From the NCBI GenBank assembly GCA_973895155.1, contig OZ316892.1, forward strand, positions 13,139,170 through 13,203,169: a DNA stretch of 64,000 nucleotides, read 5' to 3'. The position numbers were made by a program, and so were the translations under genes. The notes under the pieces were generated by a model. That model made no database searches. It saw only the letters and a list, made by a program, of their open reading frames with translations, and was not told the DNA's origin. This document shows, piece after piece, positions 63,714 through 64,000 of this stretch (position 1 is the first letter of the stretch; every line of letters begins with the position of its first letter). The DNA is from Marsupella aquatica (lineage: Eukaryota; Plantae; Marchantiophyta).

Positions 63714-64000
63714 AGTCTAGCTACTTCTACGTTGCCAAAAGGAGGTGGGGCAAATCTGACCAATCCTAGTTCGTGGATGCATGGCTGCTACTCAACATAG
63801 CATTATGGATTAAAGCTAGAAGTCCCATGGTAGCTAGGGCATCTTGGGCCTTAGTGAAAGCATAGTCTGTTTGGAGACTCTTGGTCTATTGTAGAAGTAT
63901 GGAGCATGGCGCTATTGAGGATCAGTCTCAAGGGACACCTAGTAGAAGGGGAGTTGAAAAACTTGGGGCACCTTTGAAGCCATAGAGTGCTAATCCCCTG

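Overview
This is eukaryotic nuclear DNA from a land plant. A non-seed plant such as a bryophyte is my inference; the species cannot be determined from the sequence. There are three well-supported multi-exon genes on the minus strand. (1) A DWA2/TSSC1(EIPR1)-type WD40 gene (4709-11562, 13 exons, two apparent GC-AG introns). (2) A long MOM1-like gene (27305-45118) that keeps the CHD3/PICKLE-type PHD, double chromodomain and SNF2 scaffold. Its ATPase motifs are degenerate, and it also carries the MOM1 CMM2 coiled coil and a terminal SIM-like motif. (3) A PELP1/Rix1-like gene (53584-59821). A small plant coiled-coil gene lies on the plus strand (1838-3296). Positions 12.1-26.4 kb form a transposon island. 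It contains nested TIR elements, a structurally complete but coding-defective Ty1/copia element (299-bp LTRs, CCACT TSD) and a related solo LTR with a TGTAT TSD. It also contains a decayed tyrosine-recombinase ORF resembling Crypton/DUF3504 proteins, which is the best candidate for a poorly described element here. Other items are a ~120-bp 16S rRNA-derived insertion, a perfect 22-bp hairpin and many short tandem duplications. All homology calls are from motif recognition, not database searches.
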